Source: Malacoraja senta
Lineage: Eukaryota
Length of the DNA stretch: 60,000 bases
Assembly (NCBI GenBank): GCA_038087875.1
Contig: CM075990.1
Location: 13,270,001-13,330,000 of the forward strand
Direction: 5' to 3'
The number at the start of each line of letters is the position of its first letter. Position 1 is the stretch's first letter. The notes below the pieces were generated by a model that was not told the origin of the DNA, did no database searches, and saw only the letters and a program-made list of their open reading frames with translations. A program made the translations under genes and the position numbers. Positions 1-13,312 of this stretch are shown here, in pieces.

Positions 1-3000
1 TTGGGACCCAGACCTATTGGACCCAAAACATTAAACTGTTTTTCCCTCCATGGATGCTGCCAGACCTTCTGGGTGGTTCCACAATTTTGTGTTTTTTTAA
101 TTATGATTTAAAGCATCTTCAGTTATTTTATTTTTCATATATGCATGGATTATATAAACCCTTACAATATCTCTCATTAGTTAAGTCTAATGGTCTGACC
201 TCTTCACTTTGGACCATGAGGCTATGAGGAAAGATAGCAGTCTGATGCTCTACCAATCTACATTCCACCCCTGACAATAAGATCCCTGCATGTAGGAAGG
301 AACTGCAGATGCTGGTTTAAATCGAAGATGGACACAAAAACCTGGAGTAACTCAGCGGGACAGGCAGTGTCTCTGGAGAGAAAGAATGGGTGACGTTTCG
401 GGTGGAGACCCTTTTTAATAAGATCCAACTTTCGTCTTTGCCATCATCTGGCCCAATAACGTGGTATTAATCTATGCTTGTGCATCTCTGGTTCCTGGAG
501 TATTCCCTTTTCCCATTATTCCACCCCTTCAGCCTTCCGCCGTCTTTGCTCATCTCTGGAATTCCCTCTCCCTTTTTTAAAGTAGTTCTTAAACCTGACA
601 TTTCTTGGGTGAACTGGGGCTGGGGACTGGACATTGTGCTTCCCCCACAATGGAAATCACTGTGGGGGGATGATTTTTGTTTGTAATTGTTTGTAATTGT
701 ATTTGTTAGTCTGTGTTCAAGATGGCGGTCGGAGGGAGAGTGGACGCTGGCGTTAAATTGCCGCTGCTCTCTCCTCAAATTGTGCTTCTGATTTTCTTTT
801 TTTTGTGTGTTTTTGGAAGGAATTCTGTCCCTGATTTATGTATTGGTCTTTATAACCTATTTTTTTAAAATTCTGATTATATGTTTTCTATAAATCTCTG
901 TATGGTGTCCTTGAGACCTCGGTATAAGGCGCCCGTAAATAAAATCCATTATTATTATTATTATTGTCTTTTATTGTTTAATTTTGGTTAGCGGCACTAA
1001 TACTTTGTATTGTGGCGTTAATTTGTGAATGTTCTCGTGAAAAAGACACAAATTGCTGGAGTAATTTATCAGGCAACTGAACCATCTTATCACCAACTAG
1101 AGAGCGGTCCTGACCTATCATCTACTTCATTGGAGACCCTTCAACTATCTGTAATCGGACTTTACTGGACTTTGTCTTGCACTAAACGTTATTCTGTTTT
1201 ATCCTGTATCTGTACACTATGGACGGATTGATTGTAATCATGTATTGTCTTCTGACTGGATAGCACGCAACAAAAAAAGCTTTTCACTGTACCTCGGTAC
1301 ACATGACAATACACTGAACTAAACTAATAAATATGCTAAACTAAACTAACTCTGAGTCGGGCAGCATTTCTGGAGACTGTAGATGGGTGATATTTCAGAT
1401 CGGAACCCATCTTCAGACTTGAAACGTCACCTATCAATGTTCTCCATAGATGCTGCCTGACTTGCTGAGTTAATCCAACACTTTGTCTTTTTGTTGTAAA
1501 CTAGCATCTCCAGTTCCTTGTTTCTGCTCTCTTCATGTTCTCTTGAAACATCTTGGAATATTTTGATGATGTTAAATGTGTGATACAAAGTTAATATTTG
1601 TTTGCATGGAGATTCTGCGTTCGGTGTGATAAACAGCCAAGCAATCCCCTTTCATTGAAAACGGTGTGTGGGGGAATAAATGATTTGCGTAGTATTTTCT
1701 TAGCAATCCTTTCACATCAATTTACCAGGTGTATGTACAGAAGGAACTGAAAATAATGAGTTTCCTGCTTTAGAAGTTAAGGTTGGGGAAACTGAAAAAA
1801 TATTCATTTTCCTCCTGACTTGTCAGTTTTATGTTGCCTTCAAAGGGAACTGTGTATCTATTCATATCTCAGTTTATTTAGTCACCATCTGTCATATGCC
1901 ATCAAAGCTACAATATTTACCTTGAACTGTACCTGGGTTCTCTTGCAACCTTCCCTTACCCAGCTGTTGGCTTGTTTCCGTGACCTATCACTATAGGGGG
2001 CAGCGGCTCAAAGGGACGGGATTAGTGTGTAGGCTGTTAATATTTCACCGAATGGTGCAGGATTTATTCCAAGTGCCTCCCTTCGTATCCAGAGTACTGA
2101 AATATGAAAGAGGAACAACCAGTGGTACAGCGTTACAAATCCCCGTTCCGCCTATGCCTGGGGAACTTTGTTCCGCCTTACATTGAGAAGTTCTGGTGAT
2201 CGCACCACGGCAAAGAAAATATTGTCCTTGGAAGGAAGGGGGAAGGGGGTATTGCTGCAATGATCCAAGGGTTGAGTAATTTAATAAGTTTGGATAGTAG
2301 TATGTGGAATTTAGAAGGCTATTGATAATCTGATTGCTTTCATGCTATCAAGGGATACGTGGTGGATGGGAGATAAACTATTTGCATGGATTAGGATGTC
2401 TCAGACCAGATGGCATAGCCAAAAGGTTAGAGCCAGGGCTGTCGAGAGTGAAGTTGGGGACCTTTGTGAGAAGGTGGTAGAAATGTGGAAGTCTCTTCCA
2501 CAATTGATACGCGGACAATTGTTCAATCTTATCAGTATTGGTTTATTGTTGTTACATGCACCAAGATACAGTGAAAAACTTTATTTTGCATTCTCATAAG
2601 AGCATGAGATAAGAGCAGAATTAAGCCATTCGGTCCATCAAGTCTACTCCACCATTCAATCACGGCTGATCGATCTCTCCTCCAAACCCCATTCTCTTGC
2701 CTTCTCCCCATAACCACTGACACCCGTACTAATAAAGAATCTATCTACTGTGCCTTAAAAATATCCATTGACTTGGCCTCCTCAGTGGCAATTCTCCACC
2801 CTCTGCCTAAAGAAATTCCCTCCCAGAATGGACACCGTTCCGTGTTGTCCGTGGTCTTGAGGATATTCGCACTTGTTTCTCTTTGCCGTGGTAGTTTTAG
2901 ATTAACTGGTGTTTAAGCCGATGTCAGAAATGGGATTTGGAAGGTTTTCTGGAGTCGCTGAAGCTTTGACCGTACGGGAGAGTTCCACAAAGAGGAATTA

Positions 3001-5224
3001 TTTTCTTGAGCATTTTAAACGTTTCAGTGGCCAAAAAAGATGATGTAAATTGTTGAAGCTTGTAATCCCATTGATTTGTGTGTCGAACCATAACTCCTAT
3101 GGTTTTCATGTTCATTTCTCCTCAGGCCTCCAGTGGAAAGAGATGAATTCATTAAATTCATCAGATTTCCCAAATTCCTGACATTCTTGGATAGATTGGT
3201 TTTGTTGAGAGATTCGTCAGTTTGTTGTTCAGTCAGGAATCATGGAAGGAAGAGGATAATATTGAAATTTTCTTCATAAAATCTAAGCAGGGAATATCCT
3301 GTGCTGGTAAACATAGAAACATAGAAAATAGGTGCAGGAGTAGGCCCTTTCGGCCCTTCGATCCAGCACCGCCATTCATAATGATCATGGCTGACCATCC
3401 AAAATCAGTACCCCGTTCCTTCTCAGTCTCCCCATATCCCTTGAAGCACTGAGGCTCATGAGTGGGGTGTAGATGACAGAGCTCACAGCGCCAGCAACAC
3501 GGGTTCTGCCACTCCTCGGGAGCTGTCTGTGGAGTCTGCACCTTCTCTCTATTTCTGCGTGGCTTTCCCTGGGTCCCACTGCTTCCTCTTGCATCAAGAA
3601 CGTGTGGGGTGGAAGGTTAGTTGGCCACTGTGAATAGTACATCAGCGGAAGAACCGAAAGTGAGTTGAAGGGAATACAACACAATACATTACAATCAGTT
3701 AAAGTGCAAGTGAAATGAATTTGCCAGCAGCGGTACAATGAAAAAGAACACACAAAAACATAATAAAAATTTAACACAAACATCCACAGCATTCATCACT
3801 GTGGTGGAAGGCACAAAGTTTGGCCATTCCTCCTCCATTTTCCTCCATTTGTAAGGAGAATACAATAGGATCACTGTAAATGAGCGTTTGTTGGTTGGTA
3901 CAGACATAGTGGGCTGAAGGGCCAGTTTTGATAATACATGAATCAGTGACTTTGCGACTTTACCTGGATAGGGTTGGTTGATTGAAAGATACAGCATGGA
4001 AACGGGCCCTTGGGCCCATCAAATCCATGCTGACCATCGATCACCCGTTCACTCTAGTTCTACGTTATCCCACATTCTCATCTACTCCCAAGGGGCAATT
4101 TACAGCGACTAACTGCCATTTCTTTGGGATGTGGGAGAAACCCGGGGGAAACCCACGTGATCATGGGGAGAATGTGCAAACACCACACAGACAGCATCCG
4201 AGGTCAGGATCAAATGCTGCCATAAGCGATAGGAGTAGAATTAGGCCATTCAGCCCATCAAGTCTACTCCGCCATTCAATCATGGCTGATCTATCTCTCC
4301 CTCCTAACCCCATTCTCCTGCCTTCTCCCTATAAACCTCTGACACCCGTTCTAATCAAAAATCTATCTATCTCTGCCTTAAAAATATCCACTGACTTGGC
4401 CTCCACAGCCTTCTGTGGCAAAGCCCTCTGACTAAAGAGATTTCTCCTCGTCTCCTCCCTAAAAGAACATCCTTTAATTCTACGGCTATGACTAGTCCTA
4501 GACTCTCCCACTACTGGAAGCATCCTCTCCACATCCACTCTATCCAAGCCTTTCACTATTCTGTATGTTTCTGAGCTGTGAGGCTGCAGGTTTAACACCT
4601 GGATGAGGACCACCTTGTGACAATGTGGGAAGCACTGATCAGCTGGAGTCTCATGAACCAGTACAGGAACTACTCTGCCAGCAGTCAGCGCTTGTGCATT
4701 AGCCACGTCGCACCACATTAGCAGAATAATCCAAATTAATAGCATGCTTCATGGCATCCCAGATGAAACATAATTTGAATGGTGGGTTGTCAGTAATGCT
4801 GAAACTTGTACAGTTTGAGGCATTTTTATCCACTTGACTTTGAACGCTGCGCCACAGTGGTTTGTCGTGTGATTGATGTTGACAGTAATCCAACCACACA
4901 CTTGGAGCTTCTTTCATTCCTTTACTTTTGTATTGTCTGTTACGTCTCTTCCTGCTACTGTTTCTTTCCTCTCTGTCCACTTTTCCACCTCTCGCCCCAC
5001 TGTCATCACTACTTTGTAACCTCCCCCACGTCTCTCTCTCTCTCTCTCTCTTTCTCCCTCTCTTTTTTTCCCTCTGGCTCCCTTTCCCTCATGGGTGTAA
5101 ATCTGCTAACAGTATTATGTTTCACCATGGGCAGGGGGACAGCATTGGCTTTTAGCAGCTGCTTGAAGCAGGGCCAGGGTGCCGCTGTGTGTTTGCTTTA
5201 TCCGAGGTACTTGATACTGTTCAA

Positions 5225-5360
5225 ATGGGAGACGCGTGGAGAAGCAGAGTTTGGGAATGTGGCCAGTTACCTGTCAAGTGGAAGGATACTCTGCTCCCGA
5301 AGACCTGTACCCAATGGGACTTGAGGCACCACCTGCGTATCCGTGCCGATGTGGAGATTG
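5225..5360 (+). CDS. MCU: Candidate alternative first coding exon of MCU
   Basis: ATG at 5225, 45 open codons (MGDAWRSRVWECGQLPVKWKDTLLPKTCTQWDLRHHLRIRADVEI), then G|gtatgc donor in phase 1, which joins in frame to exon 3 (G+AT=Asp); non-repetitive context; no transcript evidence. Confidence 0.5.
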
Positions 5361-6075
5361 GTATGCACTCTGTGTTCTGGAAACAGCTTTGAGCAAATGA
5401 GCATCTTTGACATGCTTGACAAGGCTGGGCTACAGAGCTGCCATCTGTCCTCTATACAGAGTTTGTTGCTCCAACTGGCTGTGTTTCAGCCACTTGCTGA
5501 GAGATCAGAGGATGGGTTACCGCTGGTATTGTTTTAATTTGCAATTTATTGTAAGATGCTTACAAGCCCAGTCACTGAGGCGCACACAGTCCTTAGCAAC
5601 AGCAGTAACTCCAATTTGTAAGTTGTTTTCAATAAAGCAAAATACTAGTTTGTATCGGGTAATTCCGATGTGGTATTGGGGCAGATAATCAAAAATGTAT
5701 TCAAGGAGAGACCACCTTAAAGAAGAGTGGTCTTGGCAGATGTACTAATTGTGGTGCAATTTTAAAAGCAACAACCTCCTGGTTATGTTCGTGGCTAGCA
5801 TCCAGATGCGTGCTCCATTTTAGTTCAGCGATACTGCATGGAACAGGCCCTTGCGTCCACCGAGCCCACACTGACTATTGATCACCTGTTCACACTAGTT
5901 CTACATCATATCACTTTCTCATCCATTTCCTACGCGTTAGGGGCAATTAAGTTGCAAAACCCTTGGGTGTTTGGGATGTGGGAGGAAACTAGACGGGTGA
6001 TTTGGAAATCATGTTCAGATCCCACCGTGTCTCTCAGGGAATTCAAGTGAACCTGAGGAGAAAACTGACTGTATG

Positions 6076-7191
6076 TAGGAATGTCACAAAATTTTGAGAT
6101 TTTAAAAAATCCAGCCTGTAATTTATCCCATCAGATAAAGCATAAACCAAACTTTAATTTGATACCTAAAACTTTTATTTGAAAAAAATTACTGAACAGC
6201 ATTAACAGAAACAAGTTATTATTTGCAGTTTTAGTAAAAAAGGTAGAAATGATAAAGTTAAACGCTAAAACAAATAGTAAATAACCGACAAAAAATTCAT
6301 ATTCATTCGTTTCATCAAATCAATTAAATTCATCTAAATTCAATTACTAGATCTAAACATCTATCCATTTCTCAAGAAAAGGCTAATTTTTTTTAATAGC
6401 CTATGTATCAAAATAACAAATGACAAACTGATCCCATTCACACAAGAATTCACAATATTACATGATTTTTAAATCTCACCTTGTCATGAATTTATATGCC
6501 AAATGGAAGGAATTTAATGTTAAATTCCCATAAATTAATCCAGGAACGTTCACTCTCAAGATAATCAAAATCATTATTTTTTGCACAATACATCTGACTA
6601 AAACTGTACTGTGGATATTTTGTATGAAAATATTGATCATGGATAGACAATAACACAAAATATAGATGATTTAGATGTTCTTATGACATGATTGTGCAAA
6701 AAAATAATGAATGTGATTATCTTGAGAGTGGATGTTTCTGGATTGTGATCGATAGGAATGTGGCCGCTGCCATGATTTAAGCCCTGATATCGGCAGGCAA
6801 GTCACGGCCGATTCGTATGGGGGCCTAAATAAAAATTTTCACGCCATAAGATTAAAATGAAGCCACACCAAAAAGCAAGATAATATGTTAAATAAACGAC
6901 ATACCTTTTGTTTTGACCTGCAATTGCGATCCGTGATGTTGAAGGCGTTAGAAGTCACATTTAACTTCAATCCATCGATGCAATCGCCCAGCAAATTTTT
7001 TTTTAATGGGAAACGGAAGCGTGAACGATTTTTCTTCGTCAGCTAGCAGCCCGAGGAAATCCCTCTCCGACAACCAATGCAAACCTGCATTTTAATCCCG
7101 CCCCCCCCCCCCCTCAGAGCCTCCGGAATCGCACGCACACGCAGCAGGCAGATCTGGAGCGCCACTGATGGTAGGTTTTGTAACAACGCTA
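6076..7191. mobile_element. Non-autonomous DNA-transposon-like element, copy 1
   Basis: Imperfect terminal inverted repeats taggaatgtcacaaaa / ttttgtaacaacgcta; homologous to 54167-55430. Confidence 0.75.
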
Positions 7192-7718
7192 CTATATAAA
7201 GTGGTAATCGCTTGGTAAACTATTGGATTGTTATAAATGCCCTTGTGGTCAGTGTCGTATAGTGAAGTAAATCTAGAAGTAAAGCCCAACGAACAAGTTA
7301 CTCCTGATATCCATCACCGGTTGACAGGCTGTGCTTAGTAGGAGTAGTACAGGAATCGATGTCGGGATGCTAATATTCAGGGACTGTTTCGACAGTGTGG
7401 CTGAGAAGCCCAAATGTGTGATTTGCTGATGACTTGAACTAAGTAGGAATAGTTTCCTTGGTAAATGTTTGGAATTCTCTACCCAGGAAGGGCTGATGAG
7501 GATCATTTATTGATTGCACTGAGAATAGATTGATAGATTTATGCCTGACAGAGGAACCGATGAATTTGGGGAGCAGATGAGAAAATAATGTTGGGGTAAA
7601 AGTTCAGATCTTATTGCAAGCAGTCCAGGCTTACAGGTCAAATGTGTTTTTTACTCCTTCCATTGAAGTTCTTCATTGCAGCCCATTCTTACCGTTTTCC
7701 TTTCCCCTCTCTCCGCAG

Positions 7719-7889
7719 ATGTAACTGTCGCCTACCAGAACGGGTTACCCGTTCTCTCTCTGAATCTACCATCGCGGCGAGAACGTTGTCAGTTCACCCT
7801 GAGGCCCATCTCAGACTCTGTTGGGATTTTCCTGAAACAGCTACAGGCGGAGGACAAGGGCATTGACCGAGTGGCCATCTACACTCCAG
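7719..7889 (+). CDS. MCU: Mitochondrial calcium uniporter, coding exon equivalent to human exon 3 (N-terminal domain)
   Basis: Pyrimidine tract + cag acceptor; (D)VTVAYQNGLPVLSLNLPSRRERCQFTLRPISDSVGIFLKQLQAEDKGIDRVAIYTP; G|gtac donor; 171 nt, phase 1-1. Confidence 0.97.
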
Positions 7890-7937
7890 GTACATCGCCA
7901 GCCTAGGGAGCTGAATCTGCACACACTGAACTGGAAT

Positions 7938-8262
7938 GGTTTAGTTTAGTTTAGTTTATAGATACTGCACGGAAACAGGCCCTTCGGCCCACCGAGTCTG
8001 CGCTGACCAGCGAATTCCGCACATTTACACTATCCTACACACACTAGGGCCAATTTACACTTATACCAAGCCAATTAACCTACAATCCTGTACGTCTTTG
8101 GAGTGTGGGAGGAAACCGAAGATCTCGGAGAAAAACCCACGCGGCCATGGGGAGAACGTATAAACTCCGTACAGATAGCACCCATAGTCGGGATCGAACC
8201 TGGTTCTCCGGCACTGCAAGCGCTGTAAGGCAGAAACTCTACTGCTGCACCTCCGTGCCACC
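7938..8262 (-). mobile_element. HE1/V-SINE-like element
   Basis: Reverse complement of the same family, with (gttta)n tail. Confidence 0.88.
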
Positions 8263-8728
8263 TTCTACAATAGTTACTGACTTAAAGAACATACTGCATC
8301 TTTGAGATACTGCACTAAAATTAGAACTAAGCATCTCAATTAAAGGCTTAAGAAGGAACTGCAGATGCTGGAACAATCGAAGGTAGACAAAAATGCTGGA
8401 GAAACTCAGCGGGTGAGGCAGCATCCATGGAGCGAAGGAAGGGGTGACGTTTCGGGTCGAGACCCATCTTCACTGATTATTATTAATTATTAATGACAAT
8501 TAAAGGTAGTGTTTGAAAGAACAGCACCCTCATTTAATCGTGCCACAAAAAATTGTTAATGTATGAAAGTGAAGTTTGGAATGGAAGCATAGAAGTCTCT
8601 TTTCCCTTGTTAATTATTTTGCAGCAGACAGGCAACTTTGCCAGTGGGAGAGTTGTCTCTAAAGCCAGCAAGTCTCTCATTTTAGCAAAACGTTTCAATA
8701 GAAATAGGAAATAGAAAAAGTTTCACTA

Positions 8729-8830
8729 GAAATAGACAGAAGGTGGAGCATTGGAGGGGGAAAATAGACAGAAGGTGGAGCATTGGAGGGGGAAAATAGA
8801 CAGAAGGTGGAGCATTGGAGGGGGGAAATA
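8729..8830 (+). repeat. Minisatellite, about 32-bp unit x3
   Basis: (aaatagacagaaggtggagcattggaggggga) repeated three times, nearly perfect. Confidence 0.95.
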
Positions 8831-9513
8831 TTCAAATTTGGGAATGAAAGAAATTTGGCTGATCATCTTGGTTAAAAATGTATTTTAAAAGTCATCAGTT
8901 AGTAGAATAATAATATTAGAAGCTTAAGGCAAAGTTTACGCTCTCTTCTGAGGACAAGGGGAGATTTCTCTGTCAGAGTCTAAGCTTGCTGTTCAAGCTG
9001 CTGTGAGTTATGAACACTGATTCTTACGTGGTGTTGGAGTATTGATTAGAATACTTCACCAAATCCATGACAATGATGGAAAGCGCAGTAATTCTTGTGG
9101 TGTGATCTGTAGTTAATCTGGTTAAAATGACTGAGTTCCTGGTTCTTTGCACTCTCCTTCAGGTCCCAGCCTCACAAGCAAAAAAGCAAAATACTGCAGA
9201 TGTTGAAAATCTGAAACTAAAATAAAAAAAATTGCTGTAAATTCTCAGCAGTTTGAGTCGCATCTGAGGAGGAAGAAACAGTGACTTTTAAAGGAGATAC
9301 AAGAGATGACATGTGTTGTCATCTGGATCAAAATAGCAACTGCTGGATGTGTTCAGTGGGTCAGGCAGCATCTGTAGAGGCAAGGGGATTGTTGACATTT
9401 TTGGTTGAGACCCTACATAGGGACTGCATGTTAACTTTGGACAAGAATTATGTTTCTCCTGATCTGATGAGATTTTCTCTTGTAAGATCTGATAAGATTT
9501 CCATTTGTACTGC

Positions 9514-9745
9514 GTAGGAAGGAACAGCAGATGCTGGTTTAAACCGAAGATAGACACAAAATGCCGGATTAACTCAGTGGGACAGGCAGCATCTCTGGAG
9601 AGAAGGAATGGGTGATGTTTCTGGTCGAGGCCCTTCTTCAGACTTCAGAGACCTGTCTGAGGAAGGGTCTCAACCCGAAACGTCATCCAATCCTTGGCAG
9701 AGATTCTGCCTGTCCCGTTGAGTTACTCCAGCATTTTGTGTCTAA
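9514..9745. repeat. Inverted pair of Penelope-derived terminal repeats (hairpin)
   Basis: ...gcccttcttcagac / gtctgaggaagggtctc... mirrored arms of about 95 nt; similar pairs at 1345-1520, 12440-12615, 17460-17620, 26649-26875, 44515-44690 and 52735-52925. Confidence 0.85.
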
Positions 9746-10248
9746 CCCTTCTCTATTGTTTGTCTGTAGACAAAAATGCTGGAGAAACTCAGCGGGTGAG
9801 GCAGCATCTATGGAGAGAAGGAATAGGCGACGTTTCGGGTCGAGACCCTTTGGGGAAGGCAGGAGAAGGGGGGGTTGAGAGGGAAAGATAGATCAGCCAT
9901 GATTGAACGGCGGAGTAGACTTGATGTGAAATGACTAGGTCTGAAGAAGGGTCTCGTCCGAAACGTCACCCATTCCTTCTCTCCAGAGATGCTGCTGTTC
10001 CTCTGAGTTACTCCAGCTTTTTGTGTCTATCGGCAGAATAGACATGATGGGCCGAATGGCCTAATTCTGCTGCTATCACTTATGAACTTATGAATGCTCG
10101 GTCCATACTGCAACCACTTTGCTGCCATGGCCTTTGTCTCCCATGCTTGGTTTGGGATGGCGAGGGTGGAAGGTCTGTCTCTACTGATTATCGTGCCACC
10201 CTGACATGCTGTGTGCTTTCAATGCTCCATTTCTGTTCCCTCCTGCAG

Positions 10249-10353
10249 ATGGAAATCGAATAGCTGCATCAACAGGAATCGATATTCTGCTTCTTGATGA
10301 CTTCAAGTTAGTGATAAATGATGTGACACACCATGTGCAGCCACCAAAGAGAG
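10249..10353 (+). CDS. MCU: MCU exon 4
   Basis: ctgcag acceptor; (D)GNRIAASTGIDILLLDDFKLVINDVTHHVQPPKR; G|gtacga donor; 105 nt; not in the ORF track, translated by hand. Confidence 0.96.
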
Positions 10354-13002
10354 GTACGAGATCTGTCCAGGCTCCTAGTGGTTGACTTAATTCAACTCAT
10401 CGCTGGCGTTAATCCACATTTAACTCCGCAGCCATCAGCATTCATTCCTGGAGAATCTTACGCTGATTTCTCCGTTTAAGTTGGAATTTTATACTGTTAA
10501 ACATTAGAAAATATATCGGGTTACCTTGTAGGAGTGGTAACAAACAACATTTTGAAATCATAGCTCCATAGGCAGATATTGGGGCGGGTTTAATCCAAAC
10601 CCGGGTTAAAAAGATAGCTTTAAGTAGTATTCTTGGTGGCATGAGGGAATGGAGAAGAGGTTTGGTTTGGAGGGGATGCCTCCCAAAGTGATTGAAACTG
10701 AATTGGATGTGACATAGGGGTCTCCGTCAGCACAGGTCAAGAAAGCCAATGGCAAGTTCAACCTTCTAATCAGTGTTGCATCCAATGAGAAAATCCAGGC
10801 TGAGATGAGAGTGTGTGATTGCTTTAGCAGGAGGTGTTGGCACAAGTTGCCCAATGTAACTATGTCGGATTTTCTTCATTATAACTATAACTGGATTGCT
10901 ATAACTAGCATCTCTCCAAATGGGACTCAGCAGGTCAGGCAACATGTCTGCAAAGAAAAACAGTTAACACATCAGGTGGAAGATCCTTTGTTAGATGTAG
11001 GGTCTTCAACCTGTTTCTCCTTCCACAGATGCTGCCCGATTAGCCGAGCATTTTCTGTTATAATTTCAGGCTTTCAGAATCTACAAATCTCTGTATTTCC
11101 ACCTAACAGGGTTTTAGTTTAATTGACAACAACATTAGGTCCACACCTCATCTCTGTGGGAGAGGGTGTAACGCTCTCATCAGGTCTTCTGAATTCCCCA
11201 TTGGATTATGTTTGTGACAGCGATAGATTGCTGGCCCTTCACACCCAGATTAACCCCAGTCATAACCTTTAAGACATCGAGGAGAACGTTCAGAGTGGAC
11301 TAGATCTTCCACTTCAGTGCTGTGGGATGTTTAACCTCTACTCCGCATGATAGAACTGCTGGGCAGAGCCCTGATTGATTATCACAGGGAAAGTAGCATC
11401 ACGACCAACACCACAGCACTTGCCCAGTAATGTATCGGTGTCATCCTACACTCTGGGTTATTATGCAGACATCCCTTGGGGGGGGGACAAAAATCACAAA
11501 GTGCTGGAGTAACTCAGCAGGTCAGGTACCATCTCTGGAGAACACCATCTCCGGATCTGCAGTTCCCTCACCGGAGAAAACCCACGCGGTCACGGGAAGA
11601 ACTTACAAACTCCGGGTGCTGTCTGGACGAAGTTTGTACGTTCTCCCCGTGAACGCGCGGTTTTTCTCCGAGATCTATGGTTTCCTCCCACACTCCAAAG
11701 ACGTACAGCAATGTAGGTTAATTGGCTTGGTATATGTGTAAAGTGTGCGGGGATCGCTGGTCGGTGCGGACTCGGTGGGCCGAAGGGCCTGTTTCCGCTC
11801 TGTATCTCTAAACTAAACTAAACCTATCCAAGTTCTCCAGAGATGCTGCCTGACCCCCTGGATTTCTCCAGAACTGTGGCTCCTTTTTGTTGTAAACCAG
11901 TCTTTTATTTGTAAACCAGTTCCTGGTTTCTACTTTCCTTGGGTGAGTTCTGCCAATGTGACTGAACTGGTGCAGACAACATTGAACAGTTGTCGGAAAG
12001 CTTTAACTACAAAGCTTAAGGCAATTGCCCTTTATAGTAGAAAAGTGTAAAACAAAACAACATCTGTGGAAGCTGGAAACCTTAAATCAAAAATAGAAAA
12101 TACTGGAATTAGTCAGCAGGTTAGGTGCATCTGTGGGAATGGAAACGGTTAACACTTCAGATTGGACACCATTTCAAGAGCTGAAAAGGAAACAAGAGGC
12201 TTGGTAAGCAGCAGGAAAGGGTGGGGAAGGGGATGTGTCTGGTGTAGACATGTTGTCTGGTCAATGGGAGCAGCTCGAGGGTGAGAACACAGATAAAAGA
12301 ACATGGACAAAAGGATGTGGGAGTTTCAACATTGAAGGCAGGAGAACAAGTCGTGTGGGTTTGGCTGTTGCAAGTTCTCCACTCCCTGAGAGTTTAAAAA
12401 CAAGCTGAGCTAACATCACAGATAGAAATGCAAGAAGCAACATCAGATGCTGGTTTGCACCGAAGATAGACACAAAATGCTGGAGTAACTCCGCGGTCAG
12501 GCAGGCAGGGAGAAAATGGAGTATGAAGAAGGTCTCGACCCGAAACGCCACCTATTACTTTTCTGCAGAGATGCTGCCTGTCCCGCTGAGTTACTCCAGC
12601 ATTTTGTGTCTATCACAGATAGAGATGATGGATACAGATCTAGAAATCAAGTTATCTGAAGATTTTAAATTTAATATCCAGTCCAGAATCTTACAGCATG
12701 CCAAATGGCAGATGAGTATTTATTGCCTTTACCTGTCACTTTAATTCCTCTTCCCATTCTAACTCACATTTTGACCTATCTTTCTGTGGCCACCTCAACT
12801 CTCACAGTGAGATCCAACACAACCTTGAGGAACTTGTGCATTATGCTGGAAAGATTGGTCGCTGCAATATTGCTGGAAGGAACACCTGGAATAAAATCAA
12901 GTCATACGAGTGAAGGGTTGTTGATGAAGGCCTTCCAGGAATGGATATATTGGGTCCTCAGGCTGACGAAGGATCCCCACCCGAAACGTCACCTTTCCAC
13001 AT

Positions 13003-13312
13003 GCGGTCACGGTGGCGCAGCAGTAGAGTTGCAGCCTTACAGGAAGTGCAGCGCCAGAGACCCGGATTCGATCCCAACTACGGGTGCTGTCTGCACGGAG
13101 TTTGTACGTTCTCCCTGCACCCTGCGTGGGTTTTCTCCGAGATCTTCGGTTTCCTCCCACACTCCAAAGACGTACAGGTTTGTAGGTTAATTGGCTTGGT
13201 AAATGTAAAAATTATCCCTAGTGGGCGTAGGATAGTGTTAATGTGCGGGGATCCCTGGTCGGTGCGGACCCGGTGGGCTGAAGGGCCTGTTTCCGCACTG
13301 TATCTCTAAAAT
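13003..13312 (+). mobile_element. HE1/V-SINE-like element
   Basis: Same A/B boxes, core and tail as the 15520 copy. Confidence 0.88.

Noticed and set aside
5128..5206. ATG-initiated MGRGTALAFSSCLK... with AG|gtactt donor as an MCU exon
   Set aside because: The donor is phase 2 and incompatible with the phase-1 exon 3 acceptor; at most a uORF
1..7718. Canonical MCU exon 2 (…YCSTVVPSD-like)
   Set aside because: No matching 70-nt exon found by eye; probably upstream of the window
8729..8830. CRISPR-like 32-bp repeats
   Set aside because: No spacers, eukaryotic intron, simple tandem repeat
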